DNA of 64,000 nt, from the NCBI GenBank assembly GCA_024704765.1, contig JAKMXF010000326.1, positions 186,001-250,000 of the forward strand, read 5' to 3'. Positions 41,608-54,115 of this stretch are shown one piece after another (the first letter of the stretch is position 1; each line of letters starts with the position of its first letter). Made by a program: the position numbers and the translations under genes. The DNA comes from Oopsacas minuta (Eukaryota; Animalia; Porifera). The notes beneath the pieces were generated by a model. The model saw only the letters and a list, made by a program, of their open reading frames with translations. It was not told the DNA's origin and made no database searches.

Positions 41608-42282
41608 CAGGGGCGTCGGAATCTGGTATTTCATGGGAGATTTAATGATATGAATGCATGAATAATAACACTCAATTTAGTAATCTAGATAGTCTAAATT
41701 AGAGCTTTGGCAATGTTCCAAACATCCCTTCACGGTGTACAGTATTTATGGACATTTGTAATTATTGAAAATATAAACTGTAGTATATTCATTGTTTATG
41801 TACTACTAGTGTAGTTTGTAATCAGCAGCCATCAAACAAATGGAAAATTACTTTTTAACAAGCTTTGTTGTTAGTAGTAAACTATTACTATATATGTCAG
41901 GTGCCAATATACAACTAGATAATATGAAGATATAACTCCAGCAGGCTTCAACCAATGACTGGATGTGTGAGATTTCTGTTAAAAATCTTCCCAACTGGCA
42001 ACAACATCATAATATGAAAATAACAATAAACAAACTACGAAGGGGGAGATAATACTCTCAAGGGGATAACCCACCATCGTAGTTGGTTCATAATTATTTT
42101 CAAACAAGTATCGATAATGCCGATCCGGGTGTAAATTATTGTACATTATATCCCTCCTAAATTGGCAGAATGTTCTAATAAATTCGATTGAAATTTAATA
42201 CTCATAATAATAGGGGGATTATCCCCTCTGTCAAAATCATGGGAAATGAGCACCCCCATCCCCCCCACTTCCGACCCCCCTG
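41608..42282. mobile_element. hAT-type non-autonomous element, 675 bp, interrupting the OTU remnant
   Basis: 14-bp TIRs caggggcgtcggaa / caggggggtcggaa; TSD degenerate (tttcgtat vs ggtggtat). Confidence 0.65.
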
Positions 42283-42712
42283 GGTGGTATCAAGTTCCCA
42301 GCTTATCGCAATTTATAGGGTTATTAGATTCATTCGCATCTATTATTCTCAAATTAGGCCTTAAGGGATTGAAGAACCATATAAAAAACCGGCACTGCGT
42401 CCCAATACGTCTATCATGTTTAGAAAAATATGGGCGCATGGATATAGGGGATCAAACATTCATTTTAGTTATTGGAATTTACGTGAAGATTTCGTAATAG
42501 TTTTCTCCCGAAGTTGAAAGTATTCGGTTAAATATAATAGTATTATAGTAATGCAAATAACGTTTTCATGCACCATGGATAATAATCGAAATGATAACAA
42601 TAGTTTCCCCATTATTCTATCACTCCTAAGCATATTCATAAGTTAACAACACGATTAGTATTCATCAATACTATGAAAAAGCAATTAAACTGTGTTTATG
42701 TATGTATATATA

Positions 42713-42873
42713 TGTTATGGGCAGTATGAGAAATTGGGCATTATGCATAATGCACAAGCAATATGCATAATGCTACTTTCTTAGTCAATATGCATAATGT
42801 CCAAGCAATATGCATAATGCTACTCTTGTTGAACAATATGCATAATGCCCAATTTCTCATACTGCCCATAACA
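42713..42873. mobile_element. 161-bp MITE with TGT...ACA ends, 37-bp perfect TIRs and internal repeats
   Basis: tgttatgggcagtatgagaaattgggcattatgcata and its exact reverse complement; internal repeated caatatgcataatg units; inserted in a (TA)n tract. Confidence 0.9.
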
Positions 42874-42879
42874 TATATA

Positions 42880-43400
42880 TATGTTTGTATTTCCAGAATT
42901 GATTGAAGAAACTGGAGGACAACTAGGGAAAGTTTTTTGTATTCAGGGGTATTTTAGGCCTGGTTCGGACAAGTTCGAGTCTTGGAAGAAAATTCACACT
43001 TATGACGAAATTATGACATCGTTGTCACCTTTTGGATTTTCGAAAGATCGCATTATTAACCCTGCAGCCAATACACATGATAGAAGATTGAAATTTGAAT
43101 CATAGGTACGCCGCAATGTGACAAATGTCCAGATGTCATGATTCTGACGAAAAGCTAACTCATCATTGGATTCTTACGTCATGATGACAATATCACAAAA
43201 ATCAAAATTATCCAAATTTTGCAAGATTCTGAATTTCTGAATACCTGATGAGGCATAAAGGATACAGATTACTAACCAAAAGCCACTTAGTAACTCCGAT
43301 ATTACCTCAGAAGGACATTTAATGGAATTGGATGGACCATGGATAATACAAAATGAAAATTTATGTAAAAGATTCCTAGGCACATATTGCCGAGTATAAC
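42880..43400 (+). repeat. 3' end of an unclassified DNA-transposon family (copy 1)
   Basis: An ORF tail ending DRRLKFES* is followed by non-coding sequence homologous by eye to the reverse complement of 57290-57560 (aatgtgac.aatgtcc, aaaagctaac, ccatggataata). Confidence 0.55.
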
Positions 43401-43477
43401 ACCCGGCGTAGCGACCTAAATTATCTAGAAATTTAGCTAGTTAATACTTAAGCTAATATGAGGTACTAAGCTTTCGT

Positions 43478-43507
43478 GCAGTGACCTAGCAAGCGAAGCG
43501 CGCTAGT
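43478..43507 (+). mobile_element. Possible Helitron 3' terminus (GC-rich stretch followed by CTAG|T)
   Basis: gacctagcaagcgaagcgcgCTAG|T. A second weaker candidate ends at 43440 and a third near 1233. Confidence 0.35.
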
Positions 43508-43898
43508 AAGTAACAATCCAGTTCCTAACCTAATAATAATTGCATGGAAAATTTTTCAAATATATATTATACTAGAATTGATATATCTCTATGATTTCAC
43601 GTATTAAGATCTGATGAAACTACTTTGAGTGCAATTTAAGTATAAGACTGTTCTATAAAGCCACCCTCGTGCCAGCGTGAATTACTTAGCAAAAATGGCA
43701 AATATGAATGAGAGGACGCATAACCTAGGAAACGATTAGAATTTAACACATATATGATCCCCTGGGGGATAAAATATGCTCATATACCAAAAGCTTTGAA
43801 GGAATTGAAGACCCGTGTATAATAGACAACTACCACTAACTGCGAGAATTTGCAAAGATGTTAATGTCGAATTGTTTAGATTATAACATATAGCTAAC

Positions 43899-44263
43899 CT
43901 TCTACCATACTTTGGGGGAGAGAAATAAGCCTGTGTCTTAAAAACTCTTCTGTCGAATCAAGCTGAATGATATAATTAGGAAGTATACCTTGTTCTTTGT
44001 GAATAAATTCTACTTCAAATGTATCTTGCATTTGAGAAGTATTTCCAAAGAGTTCTTGTGATTGTTTGAGAGTCTTAGGAAATCCGTCCAAAATGTAACC
44101 TTGATTCTGACAGGGCTTGGAATTTAATTTTGATTTAACAAAGTCAATGATAAAATTATCAGAATAACGGCCAGAATTATTGTTGGAATTTTCTTTCAAT
44201 GATTCAAGGAGATCTTTAGCCTGCTCTGCACGTGTTTCATAATCTTCTCCAACATCAGTTACA
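43899..44263 (-). CDS. AK7: Adenylate kinase 7, penultimate coding exon (AK domain)
   Basis: Acceptor ttcttag|T GTA at 44264/44263; donor GAA G|gttagc at 43899/43898, phase-compatible with the last exon (G+GT=Gly). AEQAKDLLESLKE...FIIDFVKSKLNSKPCQNQGYILDGFPKT...LPNYIIQLDSTEEFLRHRLISLPQSMVEG is diagnostic of AK7. Confidence 0.93.
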
Positions 44264-46499
44264 CTAAGAAAATATGAAGAGCAAAACAATTTACAAACTA
44301 ATCAAGTGTCCTAACACCACATTATTCAACTACAGTCAGGGTTGCCTATTATGAACATCCCCAGATAAAAACTAAGCCATGGGCTCCCAATAAAACCTTC
44401 CAAGGGATTAGCATTACATATTTCAATGAATATTAAGCCTCAATATTATAAGTAAAAGTATTAGCCGAGTCGGTAATCACAATAAGCGACCCTGATTGTA
44501 TGGGGATAGGCCAAAATAGCGGCATTATGAACAAGCAAACATGTCCATGTTTGAATATGGGCAGCCATAATATAGAAGCCAAGTTTATGTAATTAGAGTG
44601 GGATATGGACCCGACAGGTTTAATATGAGACAACGTTTTTGTGAAACTCACATAGAAGCACGAGTAATATCGCAAAATGGACCCCAGTTCTGATTTTGAT
44701 TTCTAAAATCTAGCGCAAATAGGCCGTTTCCACCATTAAGTTCTTAAATAATTCCATGATCATGTTTAGGGCTTGTACTTACTAAATATACAACTAATTT
44801 ATGATTCTAATCATCCAGGGCAATTTGATTCCTCTTCTAACATTTTCATGCAATGCACAAGCTCGCTGTCATGTTGGAGATCATAATCCATTTAGAGTTT
44901 GGCAAAAGTTGAAGACTGAACAATATGGCAAAAATGTTCTATCGAAACAGATAATAGTGAGTCTCAATTTTAGATGAAAGTGAAGAAGTACTAAGTATAT
45001 ATAAGAACTTTTTGTATAATGAATTATATGGGTTCAGTAAATTGCGTGTATTTGATTTCACTTAATTGAATGTTACGTAATTTACCAAATATGTACATCA
45101 ATCATGATGAAACAATAGTTTCATGAAGATAATTTTAGAGACGGGTTCTGGGAGATACAGTGTATGTATCCATAAGCTCGGGTTTGAGCAATATTAGTTG
45201 ACATATTTAAGCCAATAAGTGTTTGAATAGAATTAGAAAACAATCTGATATCGCCTTGAACAGAGAACATGGATGAAACCGGAAATTTCGTAATACAGGA
45301 ATCACAACTAACATGTTTTCATAGTACAATGAATGGCGAGTAGATGTCTATATTTCGAATATATCCCCAAACATGTTAACTATTTAAGATATGCCCATAA
45401 AAGTATAACCAACACATATAAATATGGTAATCGTGTACGCACTTGTCTTCTCAAAACTTTGCTATGTCATCATCTGACTAAGTAATAACCCTTTTTCATG
45501 TTTAGGAGTCGATTTCGAAGCTGTTTCAAGCCTGTAGTATGTAAGTTAGCCAGATCTTCGATATATATATATATATATATGATATCATGATATCATGTAG
45601 TTCTTCCAAATAAGTGGAATTTTGGTGAAGTATGATACATTCCTCTGTTGTTGTGCAAATGTAGAGGAACAGATTTTAGCCATATCTTAAACAATTGCTA
45701 CTGCCTATTCATCAATAATACAGACTAATTAACCGTTCAAGTTAGATGTCCCAACTGTATTATCATGAATAGGAAACAGCCTATTGCGGATACACTAGTT
45801 ATACGAGTAGATGTCTATCATTAATATTTTTCAGATAAGGCCAGAATCAGTTAATGAACATTTGCATAACAACAAAGGATTGTATCTGCATTCAATCTAA
45901 TTCCAGATTTTTGAAACAACTACATGACATTATGATATCCAAAAATATCGAAGATTTAACTTACTTTTTACAATGATAAAACAGCCTCGAAAATGAAATC
46001 CAAAACTGCTTATGACTTAGTCAGATGATAACAAAGCGCATACGAAGTTCCATATAGATGTGTGATGGTGATAAATTTATGTGGCAGGTCTTAAATAGTT
46101 CACCTATCTGGACCATATAAGGTTTGGAAAATATCGATATCGGTTAAAACCTCCGATAGGATAAAATATATCAGAAAATCCCCCGATGCTATAAATATCC
46201 GTTAGGTATTTCTAAAAATAGATCAATTCAGATGCAAGTGAGCTTTCAATTATACAATTCGTATTGCCTTCAAATTTCAATCTATCATCCACCACCGTAT
46301 ATACTTATAGTTAAGTAATACACTCCTACCTAACTTGTATTTCTTAGCTCTAGAATTATAGCTTGTATTCTTCCTAATCTTCATTGTAGCGTTAGTCATT
46401 TAAGTATAATCGCTGATATAAATGATATAAACAAATTAATATTAAAATTATTTATATCAGCTGAAAATACTTACACCATATTATCAGTTAAGCTGTGTC

Positions 46500-47280
46500 T
46501 GGTATCCGACCTCAGTTTACAAGCAGTTGACACGTCCAGGTGAACAAGGTGTAATACAATAATTGAAAGCCTGAAAAAGAGTAATTTGGCAAAGGAACTC
46601 AATTCAAACATGTAGGATTCAAGTATTTGACCAGGATTGGAATATATTGGAAAAATTCATCATAATGTTAGTACATCAGTGTGGCTTGAGACCCACTTCA
46701 AGCTGATGAATTAAATATGCAGAGACTAAAAGATTATTTCGAAAGCTTTCGAATTCATATACAATGTTTATTTCGGATGCTGAATTCGAGGACTCAGCAA
46801 CAGCTTTGATGGAAGATTTTCTGAAGAGATAATATATTTAGAGCACAGTTTCTCCCATATTTGTGGCATGTATATTGGAAACACTGAAAATTTCATCAAT
46901 CAGGTTAAGTTATTCAATTTCAGGCACTCGAACCGAGTGCAGCAGGTTATAAGACAATGATCTGTATAACTATTCCAATAAAATATAATTATAAACAACG
47001 ACATAATGCGACATAAAATTTCAGGTCAAAATTAAATAACAACAAAACCACAACAAAATTAGGAGCAATAATCAATTAATCGCAAGAAATTTCCGTGGGA
47101 ATCCCCATAGAAATCCTCATGGGAATCATCATGGAATCCTCACGGGGCTGTACCTAAGGGGTCCTGTTGTATGACAAAACAACTACCTTGTATAACCATA
47201 ACCTTGGATATTTCTGCTATGACAGAAAAACTACCTGTGACATTTCTACTACTTCCTGGATATGACTTACCACTTATTTA
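46500..47280 (+). pseudogene. Possible retroelement gag/protease remnant
   Basis: Fragments DYFESFRIHIQCLF.DAEFEDSATALMEDFLKR, an N/H/G-rich low-complexity stretch and LPVTFLLLPG; all frames interrupted. Confidence 0.3.
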
Positions 47281-47419
47281 CTTACCATTCCACATTTTTG
47301 TGTTACTATTACACAATATGTGTATATTTTTTTAACTATTAAGACAGTGTGGCACAGCTATCTCAAAATTGAAATTGATTTCAGAGATTTCATATAACAA
47401 TTTCGAACAGTGATTGGTT

Positions 47420-49720
47420 ATGAATGAGTTAGAATATTTCAACTTTGTTAACTTTCTGAAAAGTAGACAGCTTCATAAGGAGCCGCAACTAAACTCGACG
47501 AAATCTGAACGACAAAATTTAAAATACGTGCATCTTTCTATCAACTAGGAAAAGACAATCAATTCTTCAAGGTAAGCCCAATATCATATATTTTTTCAGT
47601 TCTATCAAGCCAGGTAGAGTAATATACACCAAACAATGGAACCGCCTAATAGCAATAATTTCCTAATATTTGTAGAGAATTTCTAAAGAATTGTAGAGGA
47701 GGCCATGACTACCATGGTTCCTACACTATCATATCAACTCAAATAAGTCCAAATAATTCAATTAAAGTTATTTCGTTATCTATATTATTCAATCTTAAAG
47801 ACATGTCTGTTTGTTTGTCAACGTTCAAAGGTTATGGTATGCTATTTAGATTCGAAAAAATAAATATTTATCTTGTTATCAAGAATCTATATTATCAACT
47901 TGCTGTTTGAGTGGAATGCTATTTTTTAGGTCCACAATCAAATGGAATAACAAGCTTGCTCCGTTGTCCTACATCAACGAGGTACCAAACATCCTACGAT
48001 TATACCATGACACAGAACATACTGGTGTGAATGCAACTACCAACATAATAATTAAAGAATATATTTGGAAGGGAATGCAAAAGAAATTCGTAAATATCTA
48101 AGTTGTATCAATATATCTCCTTTTCTAGAAGAGCAAATTTCTAAGTTATACTATATTTCCCTGTATGGGTAAATAGTTGTCATCAGTGTCAGATGATATC
48201 ATCCCGTTTAAATAAAGATTACACCCAATTCTAGCTTAGAAAAACCCTTGGCATCATATCTGTATGGACCTTGTTTGCGATTTACCATCTAATTCGGAAG
48301 GATTCAAACACATTCTCGTGATTGTTATTATTCGAGCAAGTTTGTCGCTGTGAGACCTTGTTTACGAAGACATCAAAATCAATTATTGATGTACTCTTTG
48401 ATATTTATCTCAGTCTTGGAGTCCTTGCAATAATACAGCATGACAATGGTCCATAATTCACTAGTAATGTGAGTGTATTTGCTGATATAATCAATACAGG
48501 TTACAATATTTAAAATAGTATTATTGCTAATTATACGAATGTCCCACGATTCCGTACATCTAGGCTGTCGTAACAAAGATAACCATACTATAGTCTGCAC
48601 AGTAAAAATTTACAGGATATTTCTTTACATTATAAACTGTATATATATAGGAATTCAAGAATTTCCACATACAATTGAATGTTGATGATCGCTCATAACT
48701 GCATCCATAAACTAATGGTCAGTGGAAGCGGATAATAAGATAATTAAAAGGTAACAATACCTCATATATTTATCTCTAGTAACTTAATTATTCTTTAATA
48801 TTTACTATATAGGAAATAGCTAAATTTATATCCGGCAAATACATAGAACGGACATAAACTTCAGCCTGCATGCCTATCCTAAAATATCCACAAAAAGAGA
48901 TCTACTCGTTATAGTGCCATTCCAACTTATGTTCGTGCGTGAATTTAACCACTTGTCTCTCCTTCATATTTTGAATATACCACTAGAGGAACATGAAGAT
49001 GAAGATACTACTATTGATGAGAATATTACTACTGCTGAAAATTTAACTGATCCTTATGAAGATATTACTGCTGATGAAGACTGGATATCAGATCTGAAAC
49101 ATCTCAGAAAGTCCAACGAGATTATGCAAAGTGCAACATAAGTATCAAGCAGAGTTATCAAAAGAAATCATATGACACGAAAGTTAAGACAAAGGGATAA
49201 GTAATGGTATATTCATTTACCTACGTATGTAATACTACTCGTAAATTTTGCGAATTATTTTTGTTCTAGTATATCATTTAAAGAAGGCGACCTATTTGTT
49301 GTACTTGATAAAAGAAAAGAAAGGAAAAGCCTGACATCAAAGAAAAGCCGATGTATAAACGACCATTTAAAGTGTTCAAGGTAACAGATAGCCATTTAGT
49401 TACTATCATCAACGACAAACCCACTAAATATCCTACACATTTAACAAAAGAATACAATCACCGTGAACTTGCGATAACTACTTGTGTATATGTATCTTGT
49501 CATGACATTACTAGTAATTCTGTCGTGATTTTACCATGCCTAATAGCGCACTAACAATTATACTTGCATTGATTTGTACTTTACGATTACATTTATAGGA
49601 AGATGATATTGCGAAATCGCAATCTCAAATAGAACACCTCGCTGAAAGAAAAAGGAAGCTCTAAAAAGAAAACCTAGGCCTGAAAAACAAAAAATACGCA
49701 AAAAAATAGAAAAAGGTATT
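47420..49720 (+). mobile_element. Ginger/GIN-like intron-containing integrase (DDE transposase) remnant
   Basis: N-terminus MNELEYFNFVNFLKSRQL...RASFYQL followed by gtaag; H2C2-type ILRLYHDTEHTGVNATT...YIWKGM; HDNGP*FTSN followed by gtgagt; HP*TNGQ; PFQLMF; FKEGDL...GPF/Y-like RPFKV. Several GT-AG intron-like spacers and no RT/RNaseH between the start and the integrase. Confidence 0.72.
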
Positions 49721-51462
49721 AAATTTAAGGAATTACGTACTTGTCATTGATCGATATGTAAGTTAATAGCTTACCAATTAATCGATTCACTAATCGGTCG
49801 GTACTAGGGAGCAAGGTCAAAGATATGTAGCCTTTGAAATTCTATTGTAACTTTTAGATATACGAAGGTGAGGCAAAGTGTACATCTAAAAGCACTCTTA
49901 AATGAATTATTTGCATTACAGGTGAGGCATAAAAATTTCTAGTTTACATTATTTAATATGGCATCTCGATATGCACGCACACTTTAGGCTGAGGTAATAA
50001 CACATATAAAGTACAAGACATATATTTCCAAACTACTCTAAGATCTTATTAACAGTTCAGGAAAAGATATTAGCTTATCAAAGTTAATCCTGCCGCATGT
50101 TTTGAAAGATTGCAGTCAATTTGAAATTGAATTTTATATATTTTTACTATCATTACAGGGCCTTGATATGTCGAATTTAAATTGCGAGAAGAAGTTTTGG
50201 GAATATTGCTTGACTGGACACGAACAGCATACTCTTGTATGAATGCGACACCCTCACTCAATCCAATTGACTATGTAAATCATAAACTATATGGAACTGT
50301 AAGTGTAAGACATAAACTGAATACTATTATCCAAAGGACTCAGGATGCATAACTGGACATTTAAGTCATTTAACAATAATTCTTTGAGACCAGCCCTCAG
50401 CAGCCAATTGGAAACTAATTATGATTTGTACATTGTTTTGACGAAAATGATCTTTTACAGAATTGGTCTAGGGCGATCATTTTGTCAAATTTACAGAAAA
50501 TGGTCCCCCTACGAAATTGATCCTCCTAATGCTTTTTACTATGAATTGTGTAATAAACTTATGTTATATCAATCTGGTATGACGCGTGCTGACCAAAATT
50601 CAATAATTTCGAAAACACAAAACCAGCACGTTGTGTAGCCATAGCGAAATGTGTTACAATTTTCCTGCTACTCTTCCCGCGTTGTACCAAATAATTTGTG
50701 CGTTGGGTCTGACCAGGCCCGACGGTTTTCTATTTATTTACATTAATTAAGCAAAAAGGTTTTCGTTTGGTAACATGTTCTTGTGCCTGCATCATGCTCC
50801 TAATGTCCTTGAGTTGTACCTCCCTATTTTCCAACTTGGTACAAGAACATATAAGAAATGGTTTCAGAGATTTCAAAACGCACTGATTTAGCCATGAGTT
50901 TCGTAAATTTTCTTACATAAATTACTGATAAAAGGCACACCTCGCTATTTAAATCAATTACTCGATTCTCTCATCAATTTCCGTTTTCCTAGTAAATTTA
51001 ACCGGAACCTACAGGAGCTCTCAATATTAGTAAAACTGTGCACAATGATACGCAAAACAACTAGACAGTATGAATTCGGATACCGACAATTCGCACCAAT
51101 TTGATATGGTATTAGTTAATTAATTTAATCTAAGTACACGTAAATAATTAATTTTCTAATAATTATTTCTGCACACGGAAGTCTTAATTGGATAGATAAT
51201 TCTAATTTTAGATGACATGACTCCATGAATTCATTTAATGATATGTATTCCAAAGATTGCTAAAGTAAGTATCAAGTAAACACACATGAAGTAAATACTC
51301 TTAGGGCTGTAATTGGTAAAGAGGAATGTAGTAAACAGGATGTGATCACCTGTGATATTTGCAATCCTCGGACATAAATAGAAAATGATCTAGTTCAAAC
51401 TCAGATTCGTTTTCTCATTACCAATCAACACATTTTGTCTTTGAAATTTTATAACTTTACTA

Positions 51463-52400
51463 ATGGCGAACCTCTTGATCAGTCGACCTTTAGGCTGATC
51501 AAGTCACAAAGAGGAGGAGACAAGCTGTCGGAGGATGGATATTTATTTGGAGTGCAGAGGAGAGTTGGAGATGTGACGCATTGGTTGTGTGAGCAAAGAG
51601 GGGTCTGCAAAGCTAGAGTTCATACCAAAGGGATGGTGATAGTCAAGCGCACGAATGAGCACTCCCATGGGCCTGACGAGCAGGCAGCGGACTGTTGTGA
51701 AGCGAAGGCAGGCATGAAGAGGAAAACACGGGAGTCCCAGGATAGCACACACCACATATGGGCGAGAGTTTGCAACAGCATCAGAGGGTACTGCTGCTAA
51801 ACTCCCCAAACTGGACAGCCTGAAGCGGACGATACAACGCCAACGTGCTAGTGTACTTGCAGCTCCAGCACAGCCTACCACTCTAGCAGAGCTAGCTCTA
51901 CCAGCAGTCTACCAGCAGACAGCCAAGGGAGAACAGTTCTTACTCTACGATTCTGGTGCAGACGATGTACACAGATTCCTCATCTTCGGGACACAACACA
52001 ACCTCGGGATGCTGCAGCAAAGCAAGATCTGGCTAGCTGATAGCACCTTCAAGACGCCACCTCCCCTCTTCGCCCAGGTGTATGTGGTGCATGGACTCCG
52101 TGGAGGAGATGATCCTATGAAGACTGGTCATCTGTTACCGAGCCTGTTCGTGCTACTGCCCAACAAGACGGAGGCTGCCTACCTGAGGATGTGGGAACAG
52201 ATCCGCCTACTGTGTCCACTTGCCCAGCCTCAACAGATGCTCCTGGACTTTGAGAAGGGCGTGATTACCAGCTTTGAGCATGTCTGGCCTAACACAGTAG
52301 TGAAGTGCTGCTTCTTCCACCTCACACAGAATATCTGGCGGCATGTGCAGTCTGTAGGGCTGCAGTCTGCCTACACTCATTACGAAGAGTTGGGCCAGCT
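51463..52400 (+). mobile_element. FLYWCH-MULE (Mutator-like) transposase, 3'-truncated, frameshifted
   Basis: KSQRGGDKLSEDGYLF...HWLCEQRGVCKARV...NEHSH (FLYWCH); LPKLDSLKRTIQR; WLADSTFKTPPPLFAQVY; LLPNKTEAAY; LLDFEKG; CCFFHLTQNIWRHVQ. Confidence 0.9.
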
Positions 52401-52461
52401 CAATGTGGGGAAATTTAAGAAAGATTTTCCATAGAAGAACAGCTTCAAATTGTATTATGAT

Positions 52462-52974
52462 CTAGGGTGCGACCCGTAAAGCCCGTGGTCAGTGGCCCGC
52501 TATCAAAGCCCGCGGCCCGCGGCCCGCTTATTTATTCCACCAGCCCGTGATTTAGGAAATTTGTTTATTTTATGGCACTGTTGGCTGAATTCGTGAATGT
52601 ATTCTCAAAGAATTAAGAATTCCTATAAATTCCGCGTTATAAGATGGGAGAAATCGTGTGCGCAAATAGTATATATATGAAACTTTATATATATGCAACA
52701 CTTTGATTGTTTCTTTAGTTACAGATAACACTGACATGATTCTACCTCTCTATGAGGATTATTAGATTAAACGAAAATAACATTTATAATACTTGTGATA
52801 CTTACATATACTAAAATAGTAATAATTTCAGGACCTAATTCTATAATTAAAGTATATTCATCATCTGTAAAATTGTTCTTTTTGACTCTTTTCAGCCCGT
52901 TTTGTGCCCGCGGCCCGTGGAAAAAAGCCCGCAGCCCGTGATTTACAATAAAGCCCGCACGGGTCGCACCCTAG
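52462..52974. mobile_element. hAT-type MITE, 513 bp
   Basis: 16-bp TIRs ctagggtgcgacccgt, perfect 8-bp TSD attatgat (52454-52461, 52975-52982), many subterminal gcccg[c/t] repeats at both ends. Confidence 0.93.
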
Positions 52975-54115
52975 ATTATGATAAATCCGGAATGATTTAA
53001 TTTATATTTTTTCCAAATGTATGGATAATTTCTTTGATCACAGATTGTGCAATCCATACTTTACTACTTGTACAGTTCAAAAATTCAACATATACAAGTA
53101 AGCTACTCTTCCTTGCGGTACGCGGTTGCGGATACGAAGCGTCCTCATTAAGCACCTTTCGAGCGCCTAGGTTACTCCTAATCAACCGATAATTTGTGTT
53201 ATGAATTACTAAGTATCCTATGTATGCTTTGAAAGTCACTCTCTAAGTCGAATATTCACGATATGCTATTCGAACACTCGATTACCTCTGTAGCCGTTAA
53301 AAGTATACGAATATTTTGAAATTTCTTTACTTTATGTACATAAATAACAACAAAATTGATCATACAATGCTAAAAACCATATTCAGAATCAATTGATCAA
53401 TCAAATTAGGTGCGAATTGTCGGTATTCCGTATGAATTAGTTCTATGAAATAAAACTATCAATAGACAACATGAATAATCTAAACTAGTGATTCCAATGT
53501 GAAGAATAAATTAAGGTGAAATTGTGTCGTAGTGTTCAACTACACATTGAGAAATAGACTAGCGCACTACAAGGGTCACGAAGATTTCCTGTCTGTATTC
53601 AGGCCTTCGGGTCTCTTATAGCAGGTGTGAAGGTGTATATTGTAACTAACAAGATCACGTGCTCTTTCCATCTTATAATACCTTAGTAATGGAATAACAG
53701 ATACACAAACAGCCAGCAATTGTGATTTAGTAAATATAGATATGAACATAAATAGAAATAGGAACAGACTATTACAATGAGAATTTGATTGTATACATAG
53801 AATGTTGGATAATGAAAATGGAAATATACTGGCTAATCAGGCTGAGTTGTGAAAGTGAATCCAATGAAATTCGTCATAGAGATTCCCATGAGGATCTACA
53901 CAGGGGAAAATTCATCCCCACTCCTATTCCCATCGAATGGAATGGGATTTCCAATCCCATGGCAACCATGTCATCCATAGTGAATAATAGTTAAGTGTAC
54001 TGTATTATGTAGTTCCCGATGAAACTGATTCAATATGTAGAGACTGATAGAATTCGAATATAGCAGCAACTTTGCTTAATCTCATTAGAAATTTGTGCAA
54101 GATGCAGTTTGATAG

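Noticed and set aside
42713-42873. CRISPR-like repeat array
   Set aside because: The units are nested within TIRs, spacers are short and non-unique, the context is eukaryotic and there are no cas genes.
45562-45581. (TA)n microsatellite and the (TGTA)n tract near 11234
   Set aside because: Ordinary simple repeats.
44750-46100. Plus-strand exon-like fragments with splice motifs
   Set aside because: I could not assemble an open spliced frame or assign a family.
46475-46570. Candidate upstream AK7 exon (96 bp, good acceptor and donor, phase-compatible, LSIIVLHLVHLDVSTACKLRSDTRHSLTDNMV)
   Set aside because: Similarity to AK7 is only faint and it lies antisense within a gag-like remnant; chance splice motifs are likely without transcript evidence.
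51543-51881. Antisense ORFs over transposases (also 15297, 15919, 16602, 27934, 39968, 55596)
   Set aside because: They are shadow ORFs of real transposase coding sequence.
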